The notes under the pieces were generated by a model that was not told the DNA's origin, searched no databases, and saw nothing but the letters and a program-made list of their open reading frames with translations. The translations under genes were made by a program, and so were the position numbers. DNA of 63,931 nt, counting the filler, from Atractiella rhizophila (Eukaryota), in NCBI GenBank assembly GCA_021432655.1. It is 8 parts of 8 records of this genome, joined end to end, with 100 filler letters (N's around TTAATTAATTAA, not from the genome) between each part and the next. Parts side by side here need not be neighbours in the genome. Positions count along the whole stretch, not along the records: positions 8,970 to 17,830 come from MU272135.1; positions 17,931 to 26,788 come from MU272136.1; positions 26,889 to 35,734 come from MU272137.1; 5 more parts are not named here. One strand, written 5' to 3'. Position 1 is the stretch's first letter. The number at the start of each line of letters is the position of its first letter. Positions 14,707 to 27,797 of this stretch are shown here, piece by piece.

Positions 14707-16087
14707 AACTGACAAGGCGCGTTATAGATCTGTCTAGGCAGGGTCTATGCAAGTGCGTTTCTGCTGGTTTCTGGTTTCCGAAATGAATGAGGAGTAAGAT
14801 CCTTGTTGAGTCAGGATGAGATCAGATCATTTTCCGTCCGCTTTACTGCGTAAGAACAACAAAACAACATCCACACCCGCGATATTTTTTGAGAGACTCT
14901 CAATGACATCCCTTCCACGCTTTCAGCCGTTTATCGATGCCTGACTATCCTGATGCAGATGTTCCATCAGTACAGGCACGCAACCTCCTGCAATGTTGTT
15001 AGCAGAAGGAATAATGTGGCAAGTTTGAACTGATGGGATTTAGGAACAAAGGAATGGTCAATGTCACCGTTGTTGCTGTCGAGGTGAGCTATGTTTGGTC
15101 AGGTCGGGAGAATGGTTGTAATGTCTGCCTTTTCCTTTTCGAGTCCTGTAAAATTTTTACATTCTAAAGCCATTACCGCACTTCAGACTTCACTTGTTTA
15201 TCGATTGAGGAAATGCTCTCCAACACTCTGGTTCAGGGACTTTTACTCTATCCCTGTTCCTCATTTTATGAGTAGCTAGATGAAAGAGCGCCTTATAGAC
15301 ACTGTCAAATCTGCCGCTTTCGGCCAGGTGGTTTTCATGGTCATTTAAGGTGTACATCGTCCTTTTGCGTCTGTAAGCTCCATGTGTAGAATGTTGGGTC
15401 ACATAAAATGGATACTACAATGAACTGAACTTGTATCTCGTGGATGTTGGGACCTAATGTGGTGAATTACATCTCTGCGATTCTCTCCCCCGTCCTCCCC
15501 TCCTTTACTTGTAAGGACCTGGCGAGAGCTTTCATTCCACGTACTTTCGCCCCCGTCGCACCTCAAGGCCAATGCTCTCAATCCGTTTATTTCAAGTCGC
15601 AGAAAAAAGTACAATTTTTACTGCTAGGATTCAACTTAGTTAGGTTAGATATAGGAGAAGCTACGAGTCCACTGAGTTTACCAGGCAGCGATCCTCTGGC
15701 TTTCTACGCCCCATCGGAGGAGAATAGATCGAATCCAGCTATGAGCCAGATGATATGGAAAATTGACTCCAGCAATCCATTTCTGCGTTCTTTCTCGTAG
15801 CTAGACGTTATCTAACTGTTCTGCGTAGAGTCAATATCATACCAATTATGGTTATCGATATCGAAGTGCAGGTATATCTTATTTTACTATTGTGTAATTC
15901 AAGCTCAGGCTATATAAAGTCTAGGGTCCGTCAACCTGCGTGAATGTGGTTAAGATCTGCGAAAAAAAAAAACTTTAGTCCATAGAGTGCAAAATGAGGC
16001 GATTAATGCAAGAAGAGAGCTATATGGAACAAAAACAATGACAACGTAAAGCAACGAAGACGAAGAAAGGCTCGAACAGTCCAGTGT

Positions 16088-17185
16088 CTAGAATGGCCAC
16101 AGATTTTTAAAGAAATTGACCGTCAGTCCTGCAGCACGGCCCAAATTGTAAGCGAACTCGTCCATGAAATTTGAAACCCCAGCCTCTTCCAAATCCTCCC
16201 TATGACGGAAACCAAATTTGCCTCCAGCCATTAAGGCGTCTTGGTATCCATGCGTCGAGTCGCGTTTCGGACGAACGTTACCTGCAGCGTTTGGATCGGC
16301 AGGGTTCTTCTCATTCAGTGGTTTGCCTGATTCGGAACCCGTCTTCTGGTGCTTTCGCTTCTTCTTCTTGTGCCGTCGTCGACGGCGCCTCATTCTTTCC
16401 GAACTACAAAACTCGAATCAGTTATGTGGCTTGCAAAGAAAAAAGACACGAACCAAGCACAGAAGATGATGAAGAGAAGGAGAAGGAGACCTCCTATCCC
16501 TCCTACGACTCCTCCAACAATAGCCCCAGTCGAAGGGCCATTGTCTTCTGAGATACTCCCATTTCCTGCGCCACCTGATGTTCCGCCTCCACCGCCCCCT
16601 CCTCCATCTCCATTTCCTCCTGAGCCGCCCCCTGAACTTCCTCCACCAGCTCCACCTCCAGTTTCGGAAGGGGATGCCGTGCCACTACCTGATATTGTCG
16701 TCGTTGGAACGGTCATGGAGTTCGTGATGGTATTGAAAGTCGCAGAATCGGTTGGAAAACCAGTTCTGCAAGATAGTTCCCTCAACCGCTACTCATAAAA
16801 AAATATGGCCACTTACCCAAAGCTACTACTCCCATTGCCTCCGCCGCCAGCCCCTCCAGTTACAGTCGTGCCACCGTTATCATCTCCAGTTTGAGTTCCA
16901 CCACCACCTCCTCCAACACCTGTGACAGTACCCCCGCCAACGCCTCCATTTGTGCTCCCTGAACCACCAGAACCTCCGTTCGTGCTCCCTGAACTTCCAG
17001 CGCTACCACCTCCGTCCCCATCTCCACCACCACTTCCTGAACCACTTCCAGCTGTTTGAGAAGGATCATAAGTTGCTACAAGTAAAAGGTCAGCGTTCTT
17101 CTCTTAAAGAGAAGAGAGACGTGCTCGACGTTGTCGTGTGCCACCAATGTTCATTCGGCTCGTGTGCTATTGCAGCGGGTGGCAT
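16088..17185 (-). CDS. Gly/Ser-rich single-pass membrane protein (Mid2/Wsc-like architecture)
   Basis: Long Gly/Ser/Thr tracts, STGAIVGGVVGGIGGLLLLLFIIFCAW TM helix, then basic RRRRRHKKKKRK juxtamembrane segment; start approximate. Confidence 0.6.
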
Positions 17186-17500
17186 TTCTCGTTATTCTCG
17201 TTGGTACAGACGTAAGGGTATCGTGTAAAGGGAATCTAGCGGCCGTAACGCCTTGTGTGGCTTTGTCGTTGATGATTCTTGTTACTTTGGGAGTAGACAA
17301 TCAATCAACATGGATAAACGTCATTTTGGCGTCCCTGAGATTAGGTTACATTTTCAAGATTGTTGTCCTTGTTTGGTATTTTCAAATAGAATTTCATAAA
17401 GTAACAGCAATCAACAACTATCCAGTTGTGCTACTAGCAGGCATTATTTTCCTGACCAACATATTCACAGCTAACCTGCCCGTCATAAAGGATCACCAAA

Positions 17501-17830
17501 ATGGCTACTGTGTTCCCAGAATTTACTCTCAACGACGGTCGCAAGATTCCGAGCATCGCTTTTGGTTCGTTTTTCCGTTTCCAGATCCAGCAAATACTGA
17601 CCAGCGCGATATTTAAAGGAACCTGGACGTCAGGTGACAGAGCTGCTGGAGAAGTCCTGACAGCAGTGGACAAGTTTGACTTCTATCACATCGACACTGC
17701 TCAGGTAAGCATGTAAATCATGGCATGCTCCATTTGCAATGCTCAATGCACTATAGGTCTATAGGAACGAGGTCTGCAGCTTTTTATTGATGAGGAGCAA
17801 TGCTGAGATTATGGAGTAGAATGGTGTAGG
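17501..17830 (+). CDS. Aldo-keto reductase, 5' part only
   Basis: FTLNDGRKIPSIAFG-TW, HIDTAQ-VYRNE with micro-exons; truncated by spacer. Confidence 0.9.
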
Positions 17831-17930
17831 NNNNNNNNNNNNNNNNNNNNNNNNNNNNNNNNNNNNNNNNNNNNTTAATTAATTAANNNNNNNNNNNNNN
17901 NNNNNNNNNNNNNNNNNNNNNNNNNNNNNN

Positions 17931-18195
17931 TCACAGCATTGGGGAGATTGATTTTCGATGTGGGCGGAATGAGGATGCTCTGAAGGCTTTTGAAGAGGCA
18001 AAGGTGCTCTACATGGAAGTGGGATATCGACAAGGTCAAGCCAACTGCATCCATTCTGTCGGGAGGATCAATTTTAGATGTGGTCAAAACCAGGAAGCCC
18101 TGAACACATTTCAAGAGGCAAAGGTGCTTTACATGGAAATAGGTGATGTATATGGGGAAGCACTTTGCTGCCGTTCAATAGCTGATGTTCTATAA
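17931..18195 (+). CDS. TPR repeat C-terminus (fungal NLR-type sensor repeats), partial
   Basis: Two ~40-aa repeats GxIxFRCGxNxxALxxFxEAKVLYMExGxxxGxAxCxxS ending in TAA. Confidence 0.75.
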
Positions 18196-19526
18196 CATAC
18201 AATTCACAGAAGGTCGCCGCTAGCAAGTGATGCCACAGGTGTGTGGCGCAGAGATCATTCAAACAAAGTATTGACTGTGTGGGGCATAGGGTAAAAACAT
18301 ATTTCATCATCAATTATAATGAATTATTTTCCCTACTACAATTCCTTCGCGACGGAACTGTTCCGTCAGTCAAAGTTGGCTGGGGAACGGAGTTAGGGTC
18401 AGGGCCAGGGTGAGGCCCGTCAGCCTAGTTGTGAGGCTCTGGCTGACAGAACTAACCTGACGGGACGGAACACACCCTTAGGGTTAGGGATGAAGGTGGG
18501 ACCAACATCAACAGCAGGGGCAGAACCATCAGAGTCCAACAAAGTGGGACTCCAAAGCGAACCAAAGACGAAACACTCACAGTGTAGCTTCTTCCTTCTT
18601 GATATGTTCCTCTCAGACACTTCCAACAGTAAATAACTAGGAGCAAGAGGGGGAGGAGCGATAGTGGGGTGTGAGATGAGGGGTTTCACCAGAAGACAAG
18701 ACTGGCTAGATCCTGTTTTGCTAAGGCTTCTTCAGTTCTGGTGATGGTGAGGGCTCCTTGGGAGGTGCTCTAAGTGGTTTATAAGTGAAGGAATTGATGG
18801 GGATTGCCCATCACATGCAGAATTGTCATCCTATGCTCCATGTGCTAAATGGGGATGCTCTGCACAATCATGGCAGCCATGAAGGGTCCCGAGGCTATTC
18901 ATTCTGGTCCTTTTCGTTGGCACGTGCTGTGGGATCACTATTATTTTGCATCACATCAGTAGCTGTCCTGGTTTTAAGTGGATGATCCTGTGATATATTT
19001 GACCGTTAGGCCAATGGGTGGAGCTCCTGCTGACTATAGAGTCTATAGATTTAGGACACACTTTGCATGATTTTTCACATCAGTATTGCATGAAGAGGGT
19101 TGGACAGCAGATTGACTGTGAAAGAAATATACCTAGATGGAATAACAGTATAGGAAAAAGTGGCACAGACAGTGAATTTTCGGTCAAAATGCTTTTGGTC
19201 GACACAACAAGAAAGTGTCACGGCGCAATTTCAAACAAAATGCCTCATGTCGATAGCTTGTCCGTGCCAGTTTGGAAGGAGAATTCTCGAAGATGTTGTT
19301 GAGACAATGATCATAGGCAGAGCTGTTGAGGTTCGAGTCGCAAGCCTGGTGGCAATCAATGGTCGCTGACCAGCTGAGCCGAGTTGTGCGGACAAGGGAA
19401 GAGTTTGCAGGAGCCCAGTTTAAAACCCCTGTTGGTTATGCTTCTGTCCACTGTGTGATCACACGGTTTGCGGAAGGCTGAACACATTGGTTCTGCTGTT
19501 CTGTCTGGACGAGATTACAATATGAA

Positions 19527-21773
19527 CTAGCGAGCACTGGAACTCCTGAACCTCTTGTGCCCATCTGCAACCATGGCTAATCCTTTCCTCTTGTTACTTG
19601 AACCATGATCCCTAGAAACAGCGTTGTCCTTTTGACTTTTCCATATTCCCTCTTCATCCTTCAGAGCGTCCAATAACACTTGCGACATAAACTTGTGAGT
19701 AGTCATTCGTTTAATCCTCCTGTCCGCCTTCTTATTAGCCCTCTTCCTCATCTTCTGCCTCATCTCCTCCGTCCTCTCCTCTATTGTCCGCTCCGTCCTC
19801 TCCTCTGTCGACTCGTCTGTCTCTCCCTCCGATTGGAGATCATCCAAAATTCTTTCCACTATATCCGCACGAGGGACCAAACGGTCAGAAAGGCTTCGGA
19901 AGATTTTCCCGAGTACATCCCGAAGCTGGTTGGAAGAGAGTTTGAGGTCGTCGACACCACCTGTAATAATCGCCTTTCGACCTGTGGCTGTTGTCCTGGC
20001 GTTGTTCTGCATTCTATCGAACGGACGGAGTAAATCGAGGCACGTTTCATCCGGCAACTCGCTTTGAGCGTGCGAAAGAACGGTCCAAGCCAAAACGTAA
20101 ACGAAGGACTCAATATCGTCTTTGGGCTCGTGGCGAATGCACTGGGTTGAGCCGATATCTTCCAAGAGTCGACGAGACATGAACTCGTAAGTGCCCTGTT
20201 CCACCATTCACCACTGCACAAGATTATTTAAAAAGCACGGACCGTTCGCTCCCGGGAATTGTCAGGGTCGATTTCCTTCTTTGCGAATTCCCAATCAATC
20301 AGAAACCCATTCGGGCCTTCTTCAATTGGGCCGAGAAGGATGTTCCCAAAAGAGATATCACGGTGCAACATTTTGAGTCTGCTCCAAGCAGCAAAGTGAG
20401 CTGAGCGGCCAACCCTCGCAAATCAGATTCATTTAAGTGAAGACACATCCGCACACCTTCAAAAGCATCCGAAAATCCTTTCACGAGCTCGTAACTGGAT
20501 GTAAATTTGTCGAGTGGCCGTCCGACTTTAGCCAGAACAATTCGGTAGTGTACCATCTCACTTTCGTCTTCCTTGTCTGTCGATAGCTTGATGTGTTGGA
20601 GGTTGCCCCTTACATCACCTTCGGCAATAACCTGGAGGATATTTGGGACTTTGGATTCGTGCAATTCGGCATAGACTTCACCTTCCCGACGATATTGTGT
20701 GTTTCGCCACGTGTCCTTGAGGAGGACAAGGTATTTCTGTTGGGGATCGTAAGCTTTGAAGCATCTTGTTCCTCGGCCGATGGGTTGGTTGTGACGAAAG
20801 AGGAAGGGTTCGGAAAGGTAGAACACCTTGTTTTCCACCTCCACCTTCAAGAGTGGCTCGCTAGCTGTAACGTTAAGTTTCGCTTTAGCCGCTTCGGAAT
20901 GATCATCGTCCTCAAGGAGTTTCTGCATCGTCTCGTCATGCCCCCTTTCAGCATTGGATGCATGCGTATAGCGCCAGAAGAATTCGCGGAGGTAGGGTGT
21001 CGTCACGTAGTTGAACGAAGGGGTCACAAGGAAACCTGCACGAGAATGGCAGAGGAGACGAGCGAGGTGTTCCCGAACATAGAACGAGAAAACTCTCGTT
21101 CTTTGTTGGGAAGAAAGAATGACGCTACTGTAAATGGTGATTTGACCGCGAGTTAATTTTGAAGTTTGTGAGTCGCCCTCGACCACCTTGCCTCCTTTCT
21201 CATCGCGAAAAGGTTCATCCTTGCGGGCCTTCTTAAACTCGCCAAACGACTCGGCGCTCTTCATGATCGTAGTGGTCGCCCCATGAAAACTATAGAGGAC
21301 CAGGTCAGGTTTGACACCGCCTACCCCGAGCACTGGGATAAAATCTCTGTCGATGCTGTCGCTAGTGTTGACGAGCTGCCACGGTTGATTGACGAAAGGC
21401 ATCATGTACCTTATCTAGAGTGATATATTTGAAAAGATTTCAGAAAGAACAATGCACTTACGAACTCGTCGTAATGGGTGGGTTCGAGCCCTGACACATC
21501 AGGTGTTGGCGGCGAGTCTGGAAGTTCTCCATAATCTGGCAGCATTTTGAGAAAGTCTTCAGCAGATACCGTGACATATTTTCCTTTCATATCGCCGCAG
21601 ACGAAGTCGTAGGCACCTTCGTTCTCTGTAGCAGGAATAAATTGACCGTGATGGTTAGAGCCGCTGGCTAGTCGCTTCGGGGTCGGTTTTGTTAGAGAAA
21701 GATTATCAGAGGTGCTGGCGGGAGGGGTAGAAGCACGGATACCGACAGAGTGAGGTGGAAGAGTTGTGGCCAT
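19527..21773 (-). CDS. FunK1 (fungal-specific) protein kinase
   Basis: PIGRGTRCF, VLLKDTWR, HYRIVL..GRPL, LHRDISFGNILL, GFLIDWEFAK, GTYEFMS, HEPKDDIESFVYVL; three introns. Confidence 0.93.
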
Positions 21774-22079
21774 CGATGGATAGTAGATGAAACGAAATTG
21801 TGATGAGGCTTGTAGTTGTGTGGAATAGACAGGTTACAGTGCGTCAGTGACTCAGGCAGAGGCATTGATAAAAGCCGCCACGAAGGAAACTCCGTTTCTG
21901 AATTCACAGCTGGGCGGCCCCTCGTCCCTCGGGGGACCACATTAACTTTTTGTTGTTTCTTGTTCGACAAGGGATCAAAGCTCCGTTGGCAATACCAAGC
22001 TATACTGTTAGCAACATGCCAAGAGATAATCAGTGATTGAGTACTTATAACATTGCCTTGTAAACTACATTATCGGTTT

Positions 22080-22735
22080 ACTTGTTTTCTCGACTGCCGC
22101 TGCACGTCCCTTCTTCCCTCCCATCAACATGGATTCCACCGAGGACGTTTCGCTGTTTCGCGACAATCCTACCGCAATAGCTGTCGAAGAGACAAGGCGC
22201 ATTTGGGGAGACAGATGTGAGATTGCCTGCCTTGTGTCTCTCGGCTCTGGAATCGAACCTGCAGTCAATTTGGACAATGTCGAGCGAGCTTTAAAGGCGA
22301 TGGCTGCGGACTGCTCAAGGGTTGCGAACGACATGAAGATGAAGGTGCAGCGACGTCAGATGGGCCAGTGCTACCATCGTTTCTCGGTTGATACGTTCGG
22401 AGATTTCAGGTGGGAAGAATGGGAACGAAAGAATGAAGCTGTGGGACGCACGAAGGCTTACATGCATGCGATGTGTTATGAAGTGCTCCCTACCTCTCAA
22501 TTGCTAGCGGAAGGCAAGCCCCTCCTGGTTGTAAATTGCATGCGCATGCTCCCTTTCTACGTGTCAGCTTGCAGCGATCGGATTGCAGTGTACAAGAAGA
22601 CCCACTACTTCCTCCCGGCGCTTGTTACAAAAGAGAGGAAGTTCGGAAAGCGATCGACTTCATCGTCACCGATCAGGGGCACCTTGCAATTATCGGCGGC
22701 GCTGGTAACGGCAAATCTAAGGTCGCACTTTTATC
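22080..22735 (+). pseudogene. Truncated patatin-like phospholipase + P-loop NTPase (NLR-like) remnant
   Basis: STAAARPFFPP..DNPTAIAVEE..CLVSLGSG..YHRFSV patatin C-half with degenerate DGG, then frameshift into LAIIGGAGNGKSKVAL (Walker A); both ends missing. Confidence 0.72.
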
Positions 22736-23622
22736 ACCTCATCCAGCGCCATATCCGCCTCACTCTGCGACTTCATCTCTGCTTCCTCATCCACCTCCAT
22801 CTCTACTTCCTTCCTAGGTTCGTCTTCATGTCCATCCATCGTGCTCCCATGCCTCGGATAAGTTGTCATCATACTCAGAACCTTCAACTTCTGGCTCCTG
22901 AGAAGATTCCGATTCATACTCAGAACATGAACCGCGTGGCTCTCCGTCGTCATGAGGCCAAAAGTTAAGGTGGACAGGACTAAAAAATTATCAATGGCCG
23001 GAAAGGGAGCAAAATACAACAGGATTGTGATGCGTGAATATCTCGTGATTCGATATGCCTCAACGCCGTGCATTCTTCTAACCCAGTGAACCAATCTTGA
23101 AGGACGGGGTTGGTCATACCGGAACTCGTTCGCACCCAGAGATGACTGATGTTCGATGGCAATCGAAGACGAGCTTCAGGAGGGGGACATTCTCTGGGAC
23201 CCTCCATTGCCCACAACACGATGTCCATCGTTTGAAGTTGGCCACCCACAGTCTCCAGAACTTTGCGGAGAGCACCCCACAAGGCCGCCCAGGTTTGCTT
23301 TCTGGTCGAGTTGTTGTGATTGTCCAGGAAAGTTAACAGACAGATGCTTTATGTGAGAATGGCGCGTTTTTGACTGGTGGATGAACGAAACAATCACGTC
23401 CGTATTCGTCACAGAAAGCATGAGTAGCCAATCAACATACGGAAGCGAGAGTTTGCTCCATTATTTGTAAACCAGTGAGCAAGGTTTGATTTGAGCGTTG
23501 GAGCAGATGGCTCGCACATCGCCATCCCGCATATAATCTCCTCGTTCGTCGATCCAATGATCAGCAAGGATGTCCAAAATTTGGAGCAGCAGTTCAGAAG
23601 AGAGGGATTGAATGGTGGCCAT
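22717..23622 (-). pseudogene. F-box-like protein, disrupted
   Basis: MATIQSLSSELLLQILDIL F-box-like start, LRR-like segments; in-frame TAA at 23461 and a frameshift near 23280. Confidence 0.55.
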
Positions 23623-25562
23623 CAGAACCAACGCAACGCATCTACATCTACTTAGTGCACGTCTCATCAATTCTACTCGATGGAAAGTGCAAGCAAACAA
23701 ATACTGTACGTATTTTCAGGCGGTTCAAAGCTCCGCAGTGACGAGTTCCTTTTGTGAACGTCTCTCAGGCGAGAGAGTTTTCAAGGGCTGAAGCCGACGA
23801 CGCGCTGACCATCAAGCTTCGATGTGAATATCAGTGGATCAGTTGATGGCGGTGCGCCGACCGATTGCCCTGTTGGAAACGCCTCCCTGGGGATATTGCG
23901 ATGATGCACAAATTACGCAGCCAATCTGTTGCGAAATTGTGAAGTCGCTTCATAATTGTGGACCTTACTTTTGTGCGAAAGGTTATTTTCTCGTACGAAA
24001 TCTTATACCCTGCACAAAAAATTGACGTTTTCTAGTACGAAAGGTTATTTTCTCGTACGAAAGGTTAGGTCGCTCGCACGGAGGGTTATGCCCTCTCATT
24101 CGGCTTCTAGTGCGAAAAGGGATGGTTGTGAATGAAACAGTCATCTCACGCAACGATCATATTCAATAACTCAGGAGATTACCCCTGCACAGTACGCCTC
24201 ACTGACTCAGCAATAATGACTGCAGGAGACGTTTCAGAGATCAGCATATCCAGCCGCTCACAACATTCGATTTAGCGCAGTAGAATTGTTTGGTTGCTCA
24301 ACGGCGGGGTCATCCCTTTCACAAAAACTAAGTGATAGAATGCGTTGGTCTCAACAGCAGTTGGGGATTTTAAATCGATTCCGCTTCTGCACCCTTTCCC
24401 GTACAAATCCAATGAAATACTGACAGTTCAGACTGAATAACTAACCCGTCCCAAAGCTGGCTGCAGTCGAAAGTCGACCCGCTTGGCGTAACCCTAATCT
24501 CCTGGCTCCAAAGCCTTTTAAACTGGCTGGCGGCCACCAGTTTGCTGGAGCGCCGCAGCTTGACCTCCTTTTTCAACTCGAAACTGGTCCGCGGTCGTTC
24601 CTCCATTGTTCAAGGGGTTGAGTGCGAGAGCTGAACAAAAATTGTGGCCTGATGAGCGTGGCCAAGTTGAAAATGAGGGTAAATGAGGTTTAAAAGCACC
24701 TTGCCATCCCCAAACACTCTGTAAGACCTGTCGGATCCAGCAAGGTGAAGAAACAAAACATGGAGCGCCTGAACCATCCCCAAACAGTCTGGAAGGATCC
24801 AACAGCGAGTGGGCGAAAACTGGGTTTTGGAAGAAAAAAGCCAATGCAGCCCCTCTGGGGTTCGGGGTTGAGAATCCAGGTGGAGGGTTCAGAGTTGGTG
24901 TCGATGAAAACTGATGTGAACTTGAAGTGCACTGGCGGCCATTGGGTCAAAATTGAAAGCGCAAACGATCTTTTGCTTGCGTGGGGGCGATCATTTTGCC
25001 CAATAAGCCCTCTCTGAACTTCTTTCATTCGAGGAAGTCCCTCTCGTCGTTCCAGTTGTCGGGGATGGACCAAACCTTCAGTCGTAAAGGTCGCCATTGT
25101 GAGAGGAACAAAAAAAACGCTTATCAGAAGAAACAAACTATTCACTACCAAAGACAAGAGAAAAGGGTTTAACACGACTGTGGGAAGTGAAGATTGGTGC
25201 AACCCTGAACGATGGCGCGTTCACACCTGCAGCCTACAACTCCCACCTTCTTTGACTTTCCCTTAGACCTATAGTTACAGTTCAACGTTCAACCTTCCAT
25301 CTCGCTTGAGTGGTAATTGTTCTCGAACTATCTTTGTGTTGTCGTTCATTGTTTCTCCTGATTGTTCACTCGCTCCTTGTTCTTGCGTTTCGTTTTGTTA
25401 CCACTTTACTCTTTCAAATCCTTCACGAGTATATAAAGTGTGTAAATATCAGAGAAATATTATTCACATCCTGCAAGGCAACCAGAGTACGAAACATACT
25501 AGGCATCAACAAACCAGTCTCCTACTAGTGGCTATCACAAGGGACAGGAGATAGAGATAGAG

Positions 25563-26150
25563 ATGGGGAACGGCAGTAAGAAGAGTGCACAGTGGAAGGC
25601 GATTGTGGTTCTGACGTTGTCCATCTCTTTGCTGCTTTCGACCTTCTTTCGTTCCAAGCCTTCCCTCGAACCTATAGCGTTTTCTGCGCTTCTGGATCAG
25701 GTGGACTCGGCCCATTTTCTCCTCGCTACAGTATTCGATATCTCCTCTCCGTCCTCTCCTTCTTCAGGTGGAGTGGAAGCGATCAACATGTCCGAGATCT
25801 ACCTCCTCAGCACAACTCCGCAAATGGTCCCCAAATACAACGTCGGACTGGCTTCCAAGTTCGAAGAGTACGGTGATGCTGTCAGGAACTGGGAATGATG
25901 GAGATTCGTGCTGAGGCCTTGCAAGCAGTGAAAGATGTTCGGCGAGCGGTTAGTGATTTTGGCAAAGCACAGCAGGGATGACCTGACAGGCTAATGTCTC
26001 AGCTGGAGGTCAAGGATTGGAAGTACACGACGGACAAACTGGCTTTGCACATACCTGGACTCCAACAAAGGTTACAAGATCTGGTGAAGAACAGCGGATT
26101 GGCTGCGAACTGGGGCTTCGAGGCGTTGGTTGGATTAGGCCATTCAAAGG
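25563..26150 (+). CDS. Hypothetical protein with N-terminal TM/signal anchor, one apparent frameshift (~25890)
   Basis: KAIVVLTLSISLLLSTFF hydrophobic segment; coding-like sequence resumes in another frame (MMEIRAEALQAVKDVRRA), then intron and LEVKDWKY exon. Confidence 0.45.
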
Positions 26151-26747
26151 TGCGTGTACAAGACAGCGCCGCGAATAAACGCTTCGGACCATATAAGCTT
26201 TGTGACACTTAATCAGCCACAGTCAATATGTGAGGTTCATCTCTCGAAATGAGTGACTCACGAGTCAACCACGTCGACAACGAGGAGAGCTGAGAGCTCT
26301 AGAGCAAGTATCTTCCTTGACTGTTCCGAATCATTTTGGTACAATTTGATTCTTCAGTACAAAACAGGGTAGCGTACCAACTGGAGCATACTAAAACAGT
26401 GATGAAACTGACATGCTCGTAAGAAAGCTGTGCGGTTCCATAGAAGGGGACAGACCTGAGAGAGTCCGATCCCCCACAGACAGAAGGAGAGGACGACAGA
26501 GACGAGGACGGGACGGACAACTTCGCCATATGATGATGGTGCCATCTCGATCTCACAACCGATTGTTGTTTGAGTACGAAGCGTCTCCCTTTTATGCTCA
26601 GGGTATGTTGTGACGACATATAAAATTGTGCAAGGCCCATGTGCTCCAAATTATGAAGTCAGTCCATAATACTTGTCTATAGTATAATGCTCTTTCGTAC
26701 TTTTGGTTACGTCTTCTCATACATTGTGTTCATTGAACGTAACGTAA

Positions 26748-26788
26748 GGTTAGGGTTAGGGTTAGGGTTAGGGTTAGGGTTAGGGTTA
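26748..26788 (+). repeat. Telomere repeat (TTAGGG)n at scaffold end
   Basis: About six perfect TTAGGG units with the G-rich strand running 5'->3' to the scaffold end. Confidence 0.93.
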
Positions 26789-26888
26789 NNNNNNNNNNNN
26801 NNNNNNNNNNNNNNNNNNNNNNNNNNNNNNNNTTAATTAATTAANNNNNNNNNNNNNNNNNNNNNNNNNNNNNNNNNNNNNNNNNNNN

Positions 26889-27698
26889 GAAGAACCATAT
26901 GCGATAATGAATACACCGATTGACGCGAGAATGACAGAGTAAAGCTCTGTCCGAGACTTTTTGATGGTGGTTGCTGCTGCTCCGCCAGCGTTGCCGGAAC
27001 GGAGGAAAATGAGGCGAGAGAACAGAAAGGCGAATATGCAATTGGAGTTGTAGATCGCAGAGATGTCTGTTGCGGTGGTGAGGTGAACCTATCGATATCA
27101 CATGCCACTCGTTGACATTTGAAAGGAGAAACAGGGGCAGAACTGACAGCATAGTACCAAGTACCTCCTGGAATAGCAACTAAAATAGCGAGTAAACCAG
27201 AAATGAGTCCAAGTCTCCAGAAAGGGAATCCGCTCCAGTCCCATTCATCCTGCTGTGAAGCTGAAGAAATGGAACGGCGAGAAGAGGAATTAAACGAAGA
27301 ACTGTCTTGGATAGGCTGGTATCCTTGTGAAGAGTCGAATGACGAGAACTGAATGTGCAGAGTCCGTTTGAGGGAGAGGAGAGTGGATTCGGAGGGACGA
27401 AGAAAGAGCAGGTGGAGGGGGAAGATGAGTGTGTAAGCTGAATGCGTCAAATAGCTGTTCCACAGGCAAATACATCAATCAGTAAACTCCTATGTCACTA
27501 CTACCGAAGAGAAAGCACACAAGAGGAGGTAGGATTCTGTATAAGTGCGCTGGATATTCTGAGCTAGTTCAGTTTGGACAGTGTATGCTGCACCAAGTTC
27601 GGCCCGTCAAAAAACAGTCCAGCAGCAAATGCAAGTAAACACTCGCCTATTAGTACAACTGCAAAGGCGACATATGAGAATGCCGAGAAATACGACAT
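26889..27698 (-). CDS. Drug/metabolite (EamA-like) transporter, 5' part only
   Basis: MSYFSAFSYVAFAVVLI-AYTVQTELAQNIQ..YLLL-YLTHSAYTLIFPLHLL, GTWYYAV, DISAIYNSNCIFAFLFS; multiple TM segments. Confidence 0.75.
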
Positions 27699-27797
27699 TC
27701 GTCTGATTTGATGGGTAGTGATGGACGTTTCACCATCACGTGAAACTCAGAGCGGGTAGTGTGTGCAGACTACTATCTAGTTGTGTTGTGTTGTATT

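Noticed and set aside
18390..18490. Interstitial telomere-like TTAGGGTCAGGGCCAGGG and CCCTTAGGGTTAGGG
   Set aside because: Only one or two units in degenerate sequence; not enough for an interstitial telomere call.
23975..24070. Repeated CGAAAGGTTATTTTCTCGTACGAAA units as a CRISPR-like array
   Set aside because: Two to three irregular copies, no spacer structure, eukaryotic context.
24370..25202. Several 80-170 aa ORFs
   Set aside because: No recognisable motifs or consistent exon structure.
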